DNA of 37,646 nucleotides from a virus. Taxonomy: Duplodnaviria; Caudoviricetes. The translations under genes and the position numbers were made by a program. This document shows, one piece after another, positions 24,406 to 33,542 of the stretch; positions within the stretch are counted from its first letter, which is position 1, and each line of letters begins with the position of its first letter. A model generated the notes under the pieces. It was not told where the DNA came from, did no database searches, and saw nothing but the letters and a program-made list of their open reading frames with translations. The stretch covers positions 1-37,646 of IMG/VR virus record IMGVR_UViG_3300011337_000396. The stretch is one strand, 5' to 3'.

Positions 24406-24945
24406 ATGCGAGCGTTTATCGTGATCTTAGCCCTACTGGCGTCCTCGCCAGCCCTCTCCGAAATGTCGCCCGCCGAGTTCTTTGCGCGCGACAGATCGGG
24501 CAACTGGGGTGACGCCCAGCCCACCGCCCCTGCCCCCGCCGCAGCGCGGGGCGAGGTGCAAAAGATCGTCGCCCGGCAGGCGGCGCAAAAGCTGGGTCCG
24601 CAGTGGGTGGATACTGCGCTACGCATAGCCAAACTGGAGAGCGGGTTTAATTGCCGGGCGACCGGCCCCGCTACCCGCCATGGTCGGGCCCGGGGCGTGA
24701 TGCAGGTCATGCCGGGCTCCGCAAGGGCGCTGGGGTACGACCCGGCGCGGCTCCACGATTGCGAGCACGGCGTGGCCGCTGGCGTGGCCCATATGGCGCT
24801 GTGCATCAGGCACGGCGTCCGCACCACGCAAGAGATGGCGCGCTGTCACGTTGCGGGCGTTGGTGGGTGGAACCGGCAGCTAAATCGCGGTGCAGAACGC
24901 TACAAAAAGCGTTATGTGGCTATGATTACCGCCAAAAGGATGTAA
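24406..24945 (+). CDS. Secreted lytic transglycosylase (SLT domain)
   Basis: Signal peptide MRAFIVILALLASSPALS; catalytic LESGFN and ARGVMQVMP motifs; AGGAG RBS. Confidence 0.85.
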   Translation: MRAFIVILALLASSPALSEMSPAEFFARDRSGNWGDAQPTAPAPAAARGEVQKIVARQAAQKLGPQWVDTALRIAKLESGFNCRATGPATRHGRARGVMQVMPGSARALGYDPARLHDCEHGVAAGVAHMALCIRHGVRTTQEMARCHVAGVGGWNRQLNRGAERYKKRYVAMITAKRM

Positions 24946-25029
24946 ACTCATACCGCGCTGAGATGTCTTGGCGCTTTGCGAGACCTGATCGGCCTACCCC
25001 GATTAACTCTGCATCGTATCCCTGAACTT

Positions 25030-25058
25030 GGCCCCCGGCTTGTCACCGGGGGCCTTTT
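25030..25058 (+). terminator. Intrinsic terminator between the convergent operons
   Basis: GGCCCCCGG-N7-CCGGGGGCC followed by TTTT. Confidence 0.85.
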
Positions 25059-25060
25059 CG

Positions 25061-27361
25061 TTAAACGATCCTGAGCGTGGTGGCGGGCGGTTCCTCGATC
25101 ATGTCGCGCAGCGCGGATTTGCTGTGTTTCTTTGCCATGTCGGGCGCGGCGAACATCTGCTTTTTGGTGCTGTGCCGGGCTGAGGCGACGCGGCCCAGAT
25201 CCACCCACCGCGCCTCCTTGAAGGCGTGCAGGAGCTGGGCGTGGTGCAGCTTCACGCCGGTCGGCGCGTGGCCCAGCAGACGCTCGCAGAGGGCGTAGAA
25301 GGGCGCGCCGATCACACCGCGCGCGAACTCGCCGCGCCGCTCGCGGATCATGTCCACAAGGAAGCTCTCGGCCACCGACATGCCCTGCTCGACCATCGTC
25401 ACCTTCCAGTCGGTGATAGGCGGCGCGGCAGCCGGATTAAACGCCGACACGTCGCGGTCGGCCAGCCAGCGCGCGATGCTCGCGAAGCCGCCCTCCTTCT
25501 CGTACCAGTGCCACATGGCGGCGGCCTCGGTTGGGTTCATGCGCCCGGTCGGCGACCAGATGCAGCACCAACGGCGGTCCTGTGTCGGCAGCGAGATGGG
25601 AACCTGGTCGTTCGTGAACGCCAGCACGAACAGGCGGTTTACCGCGTCGTAAGGGTGCAGACCCTTGCGGTTGACGGGCAGCGTCGCCGGCGGGGCGGCA
25701 ATGAGTGGCTTCAGCTTGTTCGCCAGCGCCCGACGCTCACGCGCCTCCGGCTCCTTCAGCTCGTTCAGGATCAGGATCTCGCTTTCCAGATGATAGCCCC
25801 AGGCTGTGTTGAGGCTGTCGTTGTCGATCATACCCCGGTTCTTCATCGCCGGACCGCAAACGGCCCACAGCACGGGAGCCCATAGGGTGTCTTTGCCGCA
25901 GCCTTCGTCACCGCCATGCAGGATCGCGTGATTAATCTTGGTGCGCGGCTGCTGGACCCGGACGGCCATGACGTCGAACACATGCTCACGCTCGACCGGA
26001 TCGGGGATAATGCGCTCGGCGTGCGCCAGCCAGCGGCTGATGTCGCCGGGGGTGGCAGCGTACTGCGGTCGGGCGTCGCGCCACATGTTGCCGTAGACGA
26101 GCCCGTCGCGCTCCACCAGCGCCCCGTCGCCGGCAGCGTACACAAGCGCTTGAAGCGTGCGGGCGCCCATGTGCTGACGGTTCTCGTCGTAGCAGACTGA
26201 CGCCTCGATCTTGCGGCCCGTGTGGATGGACGTGCATTTGATATGGCGGAACAGGGCGTTGAACGCGCCGCGCGAGTATTCGCGCCGCTCCACCATGTCG
26301 AAATAAGAGTCGTCGTCCACGACGTAGGAGAAGCGCTCGTACCAAGAGCTTTTCTCCAGCCGCCCCAGCTCGCGCCGGTTGACGTCCTCGACGATCTTCT
26401 GCGCCTCATCGGGGTAAGCAGGCGTCGGCTCCAGCACCGCCCGCACCGCCGCCATATGCTCGGCCAGCAGCTCGTCGCGCAGTCCCGGCGTCACACGCGG
26501 GCCGCCCTGCTCGGCCACCCACCCGAGGAACGCCCGGCTGTCGAGGTGCTCGCAGTGGCCGTGATAGCAACAGAACGAACGGTCGAGGGGCTTGTAGCGG
26601 GCCTCGATCTGGCCGTCTGTATGCTCTCCGTGGTTCGGGCAAACCACGCCCATCCAGCCTTCAGCGTTGGGCTGGGACAGCACGAGATTATTCTCGTTCA
26701 GCCACGTCAGCACCGTGTCCTTGCCGGTGTCGCGCATACGAAAGACGACGCTGTGCGGGTTGTCGGCCTCGCCGGGCTGGACGCCCAGCGCCTCGCAGAT
26801 CTGCGGGAGCGTAAACTGGCGGTGCGGATGGAACTCAACCAGCTTGGCGGCGAAGTCTTCGCGGCCGGGCTTGCGGTTGACAGAGCCGGGCAGGCGACAG
26901 TTGCGCACGGCGTTGGTCGCGCCGGGGTCGGTGTAGCCCGCCGCCGCCAGCGCCCGCAGCGCCGCCGTCTGCTCGCCCACGGTCGGCTGTTCCTCGGAGT
27001 AGGCGTAGCCCCACTGGTAGTTGCCGGGGCTGGTTTCGATAATCCACGTCGGCGGTAGCGGCGGCTCCTTCGACTTGGTGCCGATGTCGTCCAGCATTAG
27101 GAACAAACAAAACTGACAGTTGGCGACGCTGGCCGAGGGTTTGCCATCCTTGAACCGGTCGAGGATGAACGAGCCGGTGTTGACGAACCAGGATTGCCCC
27201 TCGCGCAGCTTCGTGCCCGGCAGGAACGCGGGCCACGTATGCTTCGGGCTGCCATCAGCGTGCAGCACTGGCCGCCCGTCGTAAACGACCGGCTTCTGGC
27301 GGACCACCAGCGCCGTCTCTCCTTCCGGCGCTAAGTTCGTGATGTACTCAAGAAAATCCAT
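25061..27361 (-). CDS. Primase-helicase (RepB-like primase + Zn-binding motif + SF3/DUF5906-like helicase)
   Basis: LMLDD, IETSPGNYQ, RLPGSVN primase motifs; CPNHGEH...CYHGHC; Walker A GDEGCGKD, Walker B LILNE, motif C AFTN. Confidence 0.88.
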   Translation of the reverse strand: MDFLEYITNLAPEGETALVVRQKPVVYDGRPVLHADGSPKHTWPAFLPGTKLREGQSWFVNTGSFILDRFKDGKPSASVANCQFCLFLMLDDIGTKSKEPPLPPTWIIETSPGNYQWGYAYSEEQPTVGEQTAALRALAAAGYTDPGATNAVRNCRLPGSVNRKPGREDFAAKLVEFHPHRQFTLPQICEALGVQPGEADNPHSVVFRMRDTGKDTVLTWLNENNLVLSQPNAEGWMGVVCPNHGEHTDGQIEARYKPLDRSFCCYHGHCEHLDSRAFLGWVAEQGGPRVTPGLRDELLAEHMAAVRAVLEPTPAYPDEAQKIVEDVNRRELGRLEKSSWYERFSYVVDDDSYFDMVERREYSRGAFNALFRHIKCTSIHTGRKIEASVCYDENRQHMGARTLQALVYAAGDGALVERDGLVYGNMWRDARPQYAATPGDISRWLAHAERIIPDPVEREHVFDVMAVRVQQPRTKINHAILHGGDEGCGKDTLWAPVLWAVCGPAMKNRGMIDNDSLNTAWGYHLESEILILNELKEPEARERRALANKLKPLIAAPPATLPVNRKGLHPYDAVNRLFVLAFTNDQVPISLPTQDRRWCCIWSPTGRMNPTEAAAMWHWYEKEGGFASIARWLADRDVSAFNPAAAPPITDWKVTMVEQGMSVAESFLVDMIRERRGEFARGVIGAPFYALCERLLGHAPTGVKLHHAQLLHAFKEARWVDLGRVASARHSTKKQMFAAPDMAKKHSKSALRDMIEEPPATTLRIV

Positions 27362-27364
27362 TTC

Positions 27365-29338
27365 CTACCCCTTTCCGTATCTTGTCATGGCGTGCGCTTC
27401 GATATTCAGCGGCAGGCCGCCAGCCCAGTTGGCCGGCGTACACATGATGCGCCGCATATCCGCAAGCGCGCGCTCGGGATCTGCTGTCTCAACCACGATC
27501 TCATCGTGAACGTGCGCCACGACCGCATGTCCCTCAGCTTCCAGCCGGGCAAGCGAGTGGCGCAGGATGTCATGCGCAGCGGCTTGAGTGACGTTCTCGC
27601 ACGCGAGCCCGCGCCACAGTCGGGCGCGCGGCCACTCCTTTGCGTCAGCGGCGGGCTTCCACGCCGCCTTAGCGTAGGTGATCTCATCGCCTTCCAGTTT
27701 TGCAAACGGGTAGCATAGCACACGGCCAGAGGGCAGAGCGTACCAGAGGTGCTGACCGTCGAACAAGTAGGTGATGCGCCCGGCGGTAAACTCGTGACCC
27801 TTGTTGCGCAGCGCGCGCCTGTAGGCGGTTTCCAGCGCCTCCCAGAACGGCGTCGCCCACGGGTTCGCCACACGCCAGCCCTGCACCATGCGCTTGGCCT
27901 CCGGCTCGGGCAGGTGCAGACCGTAGACGCGTCCCATGGCGGCAAACGCCCCGACGCCTCCGCCGAAGCCACACGCGAGTTCCTGGACCTTCCCGACCTG
28001 ACGCTGGTCGCCGGTCACGGCGGCGTAGGTCGTATGGAAGGTGGCGGCGGCGTTGACCTTGTAGGGGTCCAAGCCGGACCGGAACACGTCCAGCTTGGCG
28101 TCACCCGTCTGGCTCGCGGCCAGCCATGGGTTAACGCGCCCCTCAATTGCGCTCCAGTCGGCCACGACCAGATGTTTGCCGGCGGCTGGCAAGATCGACG
28201 GTCGCAGCATCGACTTAAGGACGTCCGTCACCCGCCGCCCGTAGGTCGGCGTGATCGCGTGACCGCGAACGACAGCTTGGCGGACTAATTCAGGGTCGGC
28301 GGCGCACTTTCGGGGGTAGTTGTGAAGCTGTAGCCCGTAAGATGAAGCACGACCTGTAGCCGCGCCTCCAGCAAAAACAAATGCTCCTCGAACCCGCGCA
28401 TCGTCTCGATCAGAGAGACTATGGGCTCGCTGAAACTTGGCAACGGATGACGCCCATAGGTCGTCCGCGCACTGTACGACATCCGCGACCTCGGGGGGCA
28501 CCTCTTCGATGTTTTCTTCAGCCAACGCGAGCAGGCTGGCGCGGACGTTCTTGTCGATGCTGATCTTTGTCTCGCCATCCTTGGTCACCTCCATGAGTTT
28601 CTTCGCCTGCGGCCCGACGCGCTCCAGCACCCACTGGCGCATCTTGGGACTGCGCACGCTCGTGAGCGCGCCCTGCGTCACCTCGCGCACGGTCTGCTCG
28701 ATCTCGACGCGCTCCTGCTCGGCGTAGCGCACGGCCGCCGCGCACAGGTCGCGGTCGATCCGCACGCCGCGCAGGTTGATGCGGGCGTTGACGTGGTAGT
28801 CGCGCAGTTCATCGTCAGACAGGCCGCGCATCCCCTTGCTGATCGCCCGCATGGCGCGCACGTCCTGCATGGCGTACTCGCCCAGCTCGCGCAGCAGGTC
28901 GGGGTCGTCCTTGAACGGAGGGCAGCAGCAGGCGCGCACAAGCGCCTTGCCACGGTGGTCCTTCTTCATGGACGCGCCAGCGAACCGGCCAACGTCCTCC
29001 AGCGATCCGGGGGCGCAGTTGGCGCGGGCTTGCGCCGCCGTGCAGTACCACGCCTCCAGCGGCGGCTCCGGCACGCTGTAGTCGGGGCAGACGACGTACC
29101 AAGTTATGAGCCGGTCGAACTCTTCGTTGTGCGCCCGGATCTGCTGCCCGCTGGCGAAGTGCTCGCGCACCCGCTGCGGAAACGGCTCGTGCCGCCACCA
29201 AAGCTGCACGTCCTCATCGTCGAAGGCGTACGCCATGCAGAGCACGGACGTCGCGTTGTCGCGCGCATAGTTGTGCGCTCCCGCAGCGGACAGATCGACC
29301 GTGCTGCGGGTTTCGTAGTCAAGCCAGAGCGTTGTCAT
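27365..29338 (-). CDS. polA: Family A DNA polymerase with 3'-5' exonuclease
   Basis: Exo I LDYET, AHNEEFD, QDV; TGRASS, motif A DWSAIEGR, motif B RQVGKVQELACGFG, motif C VHDE; start MTTLW at 29338. Confidence 0.95.
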   Translation of the reverse strand: MTTLWLDYETRSTVDLSAAGAHNYARDNATSVLCMAYAFDDEDVQLWWRHEPFPQRVREHFASGQQIRAHNEEFDRLITWYVVCPDYSVPEPPLEAWYCTAAQARANCAPGSLEDVGRFAGASMKKDHRGKALVRACCCPPFKDDPDLLRELGEYAMQDVRAMRAISKGMRGLSDDELRDYHVNARINLRGVRIDRDLCAAAVRYAEQERVEIEQTVREVTQGALTSVRSPKMRQWVLERVGPQAKKLMEVTKDGETKISIDKNVRASLLALAEENIEEVPPEVADVVQCADDLWASSVAKFQRAHSLSDRDDARVRGAFVFAGGAATGRASSYGLQLHNYPRKCAADPELVRQAVVRGHAITPTYGRRVTDVLKSMLRPSILPAAGKHLVVADWSAIEGRVNPWLAASQTGDAKLDVFRSGLDPYKVNAAATFHTTYAAVTGDQRQVGKVQELACGFGGGVGAFAAMGRVYGLHLPEPEAKRMVQGWRVANPWATPFWEALETAYRRALRNKGHEFTAGRITYLFDGQHLWYALPSGRVLCYPFAKLEGDEITYAKAAWKPAADAKEWPRARLWRGLACENVTQAAAHDILRHSLARLEAEGHAVVAHVHDEIVVETADPERALADMRRIMCTPANWAGGLPLNIEAHAMTRYGKG

Positions 29339-29355
29339 GGTTTCCCCAAGCGAAA

Positions 29356-29388
29356 CGGCCGCTGGCGAAGGGAGCACGCCAGCGGCCG
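29356..29388 (-). promoter_or_regulatory. 12-bp hairpin upstream of the polymerase RBS (attenuator/operator)
   Basis: CGGCCGCUGGCG-UGCUCCCUU-CGCCAGCGGCCG-UUUCGCUU-GGGGA-AACC-AUG. Confidence 0.6.
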
Positions 29389-29401
29389 AGCCTACCTGCT
29401 G

Positions 29402-30055
29402 TTACGCGCCGCGACGACGACGCCGGCCGTCAGCAGGGGCGCTTGCGTCGTCCGAAGGGGCAGAAGACGACGCAGCTTCAGTCGGCCCTTCCATCCCGAT
29501 CCATTCGACAACGTCGAACACCGGGGTGTAGATGCGACCGTAGGACTTGTGAGTGTAGTGCTCTTTTTTGAGCCTGACAACGGGAACAGGACAGGACTGA
29601 TCCTTTTCCACCTGTGCGGCGATGTCGAGCGCGAGCTTCTGCACCGCCTTCTTGCCGCCCACGGACGTGACCGTGTAGCGGGCCTCCATGTCCTTGTCCT
29701 CACCGGACACGCACTTGAGGCTCATGCCGAGCTGGACTTCCCACCCACGCTTAGCGCCGGGAGGGGCGTCGTCCACCTCCGGCAGCGGCTGCGACACCGG
29801 CACGACCTTTTCGGCCAGAACCTCGCCTTCGCCCCACGCGATGTAGCCGTGCGTGAAGCTGAACGGGTTGATGGCCCAGGTGCTGTCGTCCTCGACTTCC
29901 GTCTGATCGGCGCCGAACACCCAGTGGCCGGTCTTGTCCATTTTCAAAATGACCGAGCCGCCGCTGCTGGCGTCGGCCGCCACGCTGCGCAGGCTGTCTG
30001 CGAGAGAGGCGACGGAGGGGAGGTTGGCCTTACCAAACACTGTGACGTTAGACAT
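29402..30055 (-). CDS. Putative single-stranded DNA-binding protein
   Basis: Start MSNVTVF at 30055 with AAAGGA RBS; aromatic beta-rich core and flexible tail; sits between exonuclease and polymerase where such phages carry SSB. Function inferred from position. Confidence 0.6.
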   Translation of the reverse strand: MSNVTVFGKANLPSVASLADSLRSVAADASSGGSVILKMDKTGHWVFGADQTEVEDDSTWAINPFSFTHGYIAWGEGEVLAEKVVPVSQPLPEVDDAPPGAKRGWEVQLGMSLKCVSGEDKDMEARYTVTSVGGKKAVQKLALDIAAQVEKDQSCPVPVVRLKKEHYTHKSYGRIYTPVFDVVEWIGMEGPTEAASSSAPSDDASAPADGRRRRRGA

Positions 30056-30068
30056 TACCGTTTTCCTT

Positions 30069-31199
30069 TTACGAGAGTTTACCAAGAGCGGCCGTCAACT
30101 GACGCCCGATCTGCAATGCCTCCGGCCGGGGATCATTCTCCGGCGCGATGACGTTGCCCGTTGAGACTGAGACGACCAGATCGCGCGGCAGATCGAGCTT
30201 GCGCTTCTTGAGCACCTTCTCCATCTGCGCTGGCGAGCGTAGCGACGTCTCGGTCAATTCGTCTGACGTGAAGCCCAGCGCTGACAATTCCTCCAGCGCC
30301 CGCTCCTCGTTAATCCACTTCCGCGTACCGCGCTTGGGCACCAACTTGTAGCCCGGCAGGCGCGCACCTTGCTCCATCATCTGCTGCGCCAGCGCCCGCA
30401 CATCGGCGATCCACGCCTCCAGCAGATCAGCCTGCTGAACGTAGGCCGCTATCTCAACGACGTCCAGAGCCTTGACGCTGGCGTGCAACGCTCTGTCCAC
30501 AGATCCCGTCAGCACCGGGCAGATCGGCTTGGCGGCGCACCAGCGGCAGTGGTCGCCCGATGCGAACGTCGGCTGCGGCCCCAACGCCGCCTTGACGGCT
30601 GCGAACAGTTCACGCTCGAAGTTCAGGATGCGCCCCGGCGTCGTCACCCAGCGCTTGATATGCGGCGGCTGCACGATGACGCACTCGACCTCTTCGCAGT
30701 TCTTGAACGCCCAGCGGGTCTTGTCCGTCCGCATGGCGGCAGCGGCGTAGAACATCGCCTGCGCGTTCTCCTCCACCTCGACCGCCACGCCATCGCCGAA
30801 CTTCCAGTCCAGTACGATGGCGCGGCGGCCGATGCGGCCGATCAGGTCGGCCGAGCCGAAGACGTCGGGCAACGCATCACCAAAACCCACGACGGCTTCA
30901 ACCTGGAACTCCATCTCCTTGTGCGGATCAATCTCGTCCAGCGCCCGCAGCGCCGGGATCAGCTTGCGCTCAAACAGCTCCTCGGTCAGCTCGATGCCCT
31001 GATAGGACGTGCCGATGTGCGCCGCCGGGGGCGTACCCTCGCCCAGCACGTCCGCGATGGCGTTGTGCAGCAGCGTGCCCTCGTCGGCGTACTTGGACGA
31101 CGGCTTGGGCGGCATCTGCTGGGAGAGCCTGACGGAGCCGGGGCAGGCAACGACGCGCTTGGCTGTCGAGCCGCCGACGATGTTAGAGTGTTGAGCCAT
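30069..31199 (-). CDS. Cas4-like PD-(D/E)xK exonuclease (DUF2800-like)
   Basis: CPGS, ADEGTLLH, FGSAD, VLDWKFG, QAMFY, HCRWC...C; start MAQHS at 31199. Confidence 0.88.
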   Translation of the reverse strand: MAQHSNIVGGSTAKRVVACPGSVRLSQQMPPKPSSKYADEGTLLHNAIADVLGEGTPPAAHIGTSYQGIELTEELFERKLIPALRALDEIDPHKEMEFQVEAVVGFGDALPDVFGSADLIGRIGRRAIVLDWKFGDGVAVEVEENAQAMFYAAAAMRTDKTRWAFKNCEEVECVIVQPPHIKRWVTTPGRILNFERELFAAVKAALGPQPTFASGDHCRWCAAKPICPVLTGSVDRALHASVKALDVVEIAAYVQQADLLEAWIADVRALAQQMMEQGARLPGYKLVPKRGTRKWINEERALEELSALGFTSDELTETSLRSPAQMEKVLKKRKLDLPRDLVVSVSTGNVIAPENDPRPEALQIGRQLTAALGKLS

Positions 31200-31225
31200 T
31201 ACTGAACCTTTCCGATTTGCGAAAA

Positions 31226-31260
31226 CGACCCTAGCGCAAAACATTTTGATGTGCTAGAGA
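31226..31260. promoter_or_regulatory. Symmetric divergent promoter of the replication module
   Basis: CTAGC-N17-GCTAG between divergent genes gives a GCTAG -10-like element on each strand. Confidence 0.5.
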
Positions 31261-31267
31261 TTTTTTC

Positions 31268-31591
31268 ATGAGAGAGAGCGAAATCGAACGATACTTCGTC
31301 TGGGCTGTCGAGCGCATGGGCGGACGCACGTTTAAGTTCGTCAGCCCAAACCAGCGCGGCGTGTCCGACCGGATAGCTTGTTTGCCGGACGGTTCGACGT
31401 GGTTTGTAGAACTAAAGACTAAGGGCGGCCGGCTGTCCGACCTCCAGCGCGTGTTTGCGCGGGAAATGGAGCGGCTGAACCAGAACTACGCATGTCTGTG
31501 GACAAAAGAACAGGTGGATGAATGGCGCTCAAACTTAGAGACTACCAAGAACAAGCCGTTGATTTCCTCTACGAGCGCGACCACGCCATGA
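31268..31591 (+). CDS. VRR-NUC domain nuclease (putative Holliday junction resolvase)
   Basis: ESEIE, GVSDRI, FVELK..GGRLS..Q motifs. Confidence 0.9.
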   Translation: MRESEIERYFVWAVERMGGRTFKFVSPNQRGVSDRIACLPDGSTWFVELKTKGGRLSDLQRVFAREMERLNQNYACLWTKEQVDEWRSNLETTKNKPLISSTSATTP

Positions 31592-32871
31592 TCCTCGCGC
31601 CAGTCGGCGCGGGCAAGACGGCAATCACACTGACGGCAATGCAGGAACTGGTGCGCGACCGACACGCTAAGCGCTGGCTGGTCCTTGCACCCAAGCGCGT
31701 CTGCACCGACGTCTGGCCTGTCGAAGCGCCCAAGTGGGCCCCCAAGTTGCGCGTGGCGCTGGCAGTCGGATCGCCCGCGCAGCGCCGCGCGGCGTTCGAG
31801 AGCGACGCCCATGTGGTCGTCACCAACTACGACAACCTGCAATCGCTGCCGGCAAAGCTGGCGTTCGACGGCCTGATCGCTGACGAGTTGACGCGGCTTA
31901 AGAACCCGTCCGGCAAGCGCTTTAAAGCGCTCATGGACCAAATTGACATGTTCCGGTTTCGCTGGGGCCTCACCGGTTCGTTCACGTCCAACGGGCTGGA
32001 GGACGTGTTCGGCCAGTGCAAGATCATCGACGAGAAGCTGCTGGGGCGGTCCAAGGGCGCGTTCCTCCAGAAGTACTTCGTCTTGCTCAACCGCGACTTT
32101 GGCGAGTGGCGGCCCCGCCGGGGCGCGCTGGAGCAAATCATGACGGCCATCCGCCCGGCGACGTTCGTACTGGAGCCCGGCGCATACGCCGACAAGCTGC
32201 CGCCGCTGCACGTCGTCGAGATGCGCTGCGACATGGACGACATGAAGCCCTACAACGACATGAAGCGCCGGTTTGTGCTGGAGATGGGCAAGACCGAGAT
32301 CACCGCGCCCAGCGCCGCTGCGGTCACGACCAAACTCCAGCAGCTTGCGGGCGAGTTCATTTACGAGAGCCTGCGCGTGGCGTCCGAACGCCCCGGCCAC
32401 TTCGACACGAAGCAGACGGCGCACTGGCTGTCGCACCACAAGTTTGAAATGCTGGATGAGATCTTAGAGGGCAACCAGCACGCCGACACGATTGTGATCT
32501 ACAACTTCAAGGAGGAGCTGGCCGAGCTGCACCGACGCTACCCGCACGCCAAGACGCTGGACGAACCGGACGCGGTGCAGAAATGGAACGACGGCAAGAT
32601 CTCCATGCTCCTGCTGCACCCCAAGTCGGCTGGCCACGGGCTCAACCTGCAATACAACAAAAACGGCAACAAGATTATCTTTCTGTCACTGCCGTGGTCG
32701 CTGGAGCTGTTCGAGCAGACGGTCGGGCGGCTGCATCGCGGCGGTCAGACACAAGACGTCTGGTGTTACGTCGTCATGTGCAATAAAACTATTGATGAAC
32801 GCATCTGGACCGCGCTGCACGACAAACGAGCCGTGTCAGACATTGCTTTGGAGGAACTGAAAAGTGCTTAG
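31522..32871 (+). CDS. SNF2-family helicase
   Basis: LRDYQ, VGAGKT, IADE, GLTG, SAGHGLNLQ, QTVGRLHRGGQ. Confidence 0.92.
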   Translation: MALKLRDYQEQAVDFLYERDHAMILAPVGAGKTAITLTAMQELVRDRHAKRWLVLAPKRVCTDVWPVEAPKWAPKLRVALAVGSPAQRRAAFESDAHVVVTNYDNLQSLPAKLAFDGLIADELTRLKNPSGKRFKALMDQIDMFRFRWGLTGSFTSNGLEDVFGQCKIIDEKLLGRSKGAFLQKYFVLLNRDFGEWRPRRGALEQIMTAIRPATFVLEPGAYADKLPPLHVVEMRCDMDDMKPYNDMKRRFVLEMGKTEITAPSAAAVTTKLQQLAGEFIYESLRVASERPGHFDTKQTAHWLSHHKFEMLDEILEGNQHADTIVIYNFKEELAELHRRYPHAKTLDEPDAVQKWNDGKISMLLLHPKSAGHGLNLQYNKNGNKIIFLSLPWSLELFEQTVGRLHRGGQTQDVWCYVVMCNKTIDERIWTALHDKRAVSDIALEELKSA

Positions 32872-33079
32872 CTGGCAAGAAATCAACGACACCGTGTGCG
32901 ACCTATCCGAGCCGCAGTTGGTCGCGCTCATGGAGCAAGAGCTGGCAGGGGCCAAGCGCACGACCGTCCTTGTGCGCCTCCACCAGCGCTACACCCGTGT
33001 GCGGGCGGCGCGGGAGCGCCAAGAGATGCTGGCGACGCTTACCGGCACCATGCCGCCTGACGCGCGTTGTTCAGTTTGA
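32864..33079 (+). CDS. Hypothetical protein
   Basis: GGAGG RBS, GTG start, LVRLHQRY motif; overlaps the helicase stop. Confidence 0.7.
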   Translation: MLSWQEINDTVCDLSEPQLVALMEQELAGAKRTTVLVRLHQRYTRVRAARERQEMLATLTGTMPPDARCSV

Positions 33080-33248
33080 CTTCAGTGATCGTCTGAGGCG
33101 TGTCCTTAGACGACCACGAGATCGGTTGCCAGACGAGACACTCAGTCCCGACGGTGGCCGTCGTTCTGGAGCAGCTCGCCACGAGCAATGCGCTCGCGAG
33201 CGCGAGCGTCAGCCTCAACGGCGGCGCGTAGCCGGCGCATCTCTTCAT
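33039..33248 (-). CDS. Outer-membrane spanin (Rz1-like lipoprotein)
   Basis: Signal with lipobox LVASC; overlaps the i-spanin gene in another frame. Confidence 0.8.
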   Translation of the reverse strand: MKRCAGYAPPLRLTLALASALLVASCSRTTATVGTECLVWQPISWSSKDTPQTITEVKLNNARQAAWCR

Positions 33249-33363
33249 CTCGCTGTTCCTCGCGCAGTTCAGCTTTACCCTTCCGTTCCGCGAGCCAGAC
33301 GACGGCGACGAAAGCGCCGACGCCCAGCACGAGGACGGAGAGGGTGAACCAGACGTGGGTCAT
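33142..33363 (-). CDS. Inner-membrane spanin (Rz-like)
   Basis: N-terminal TM helix plus short coiled coil; follows the holin. Confidence 0.75.
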   Translation of the reverse strand: MTHVWFTLSVLVLGVGAFVAVVWLAERKGKAELREEQRDEEMRRLRAAVEADARARERIARGELLQNDGHRRD

Positions 33364-33533
33364 GGCGTCTTAGCTTTCTTGACGGCGTAGATCGTCCAAC
33401 CGGTCGTTCCGAGCGTCAGCAGCGCGCCGGAGATGGCCGCCCAGTTGTCTTCGCCAACGTAGCGGGTGGCGACGATCGCGCCGACAACCTGAAGCGCCGT
33501 GCGGAGCAGGCGCTCAAACATGTCCTTGTCCAT
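33360..33533 (-). CDS. Putative 2-TM holin
   Basis: Not in the ORF track: AGGAG RBS, MDKDMFERLLRTALQVVGAIVATRYVGEDNWAAISGALLTLGTTGWTIYAVKKAKTP; between amidase and spanins. Confidence 0.75.
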   Translation of the reverse strand: MDKDMFERLLRTALQVVGAIVATRYVGEDNWAAISGALLTLGTTGWTIYAVKKAKTP

Positions 33534-33542
33534 TCTGATCTC

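Noticed and set aside
24946-25029. tRNA or other ncRNA in the gap before the terminator
   Set aside because: No cloverleaf, T-loop or recognisable ribozyme core found by eye.
17488-25060. Lysogeny module (integrase, CI-like repressor, att site)
   Set aside because: No tyrosine/serine recombinase or CI/S24 motifs were recognised anywhere in the window.
30069-31199. Cas4-like gene as part of a CRISPR-Cas system
   Set aside because: It is a stand-alone phage replication/recombination exonuclease with no array or other cas genes.
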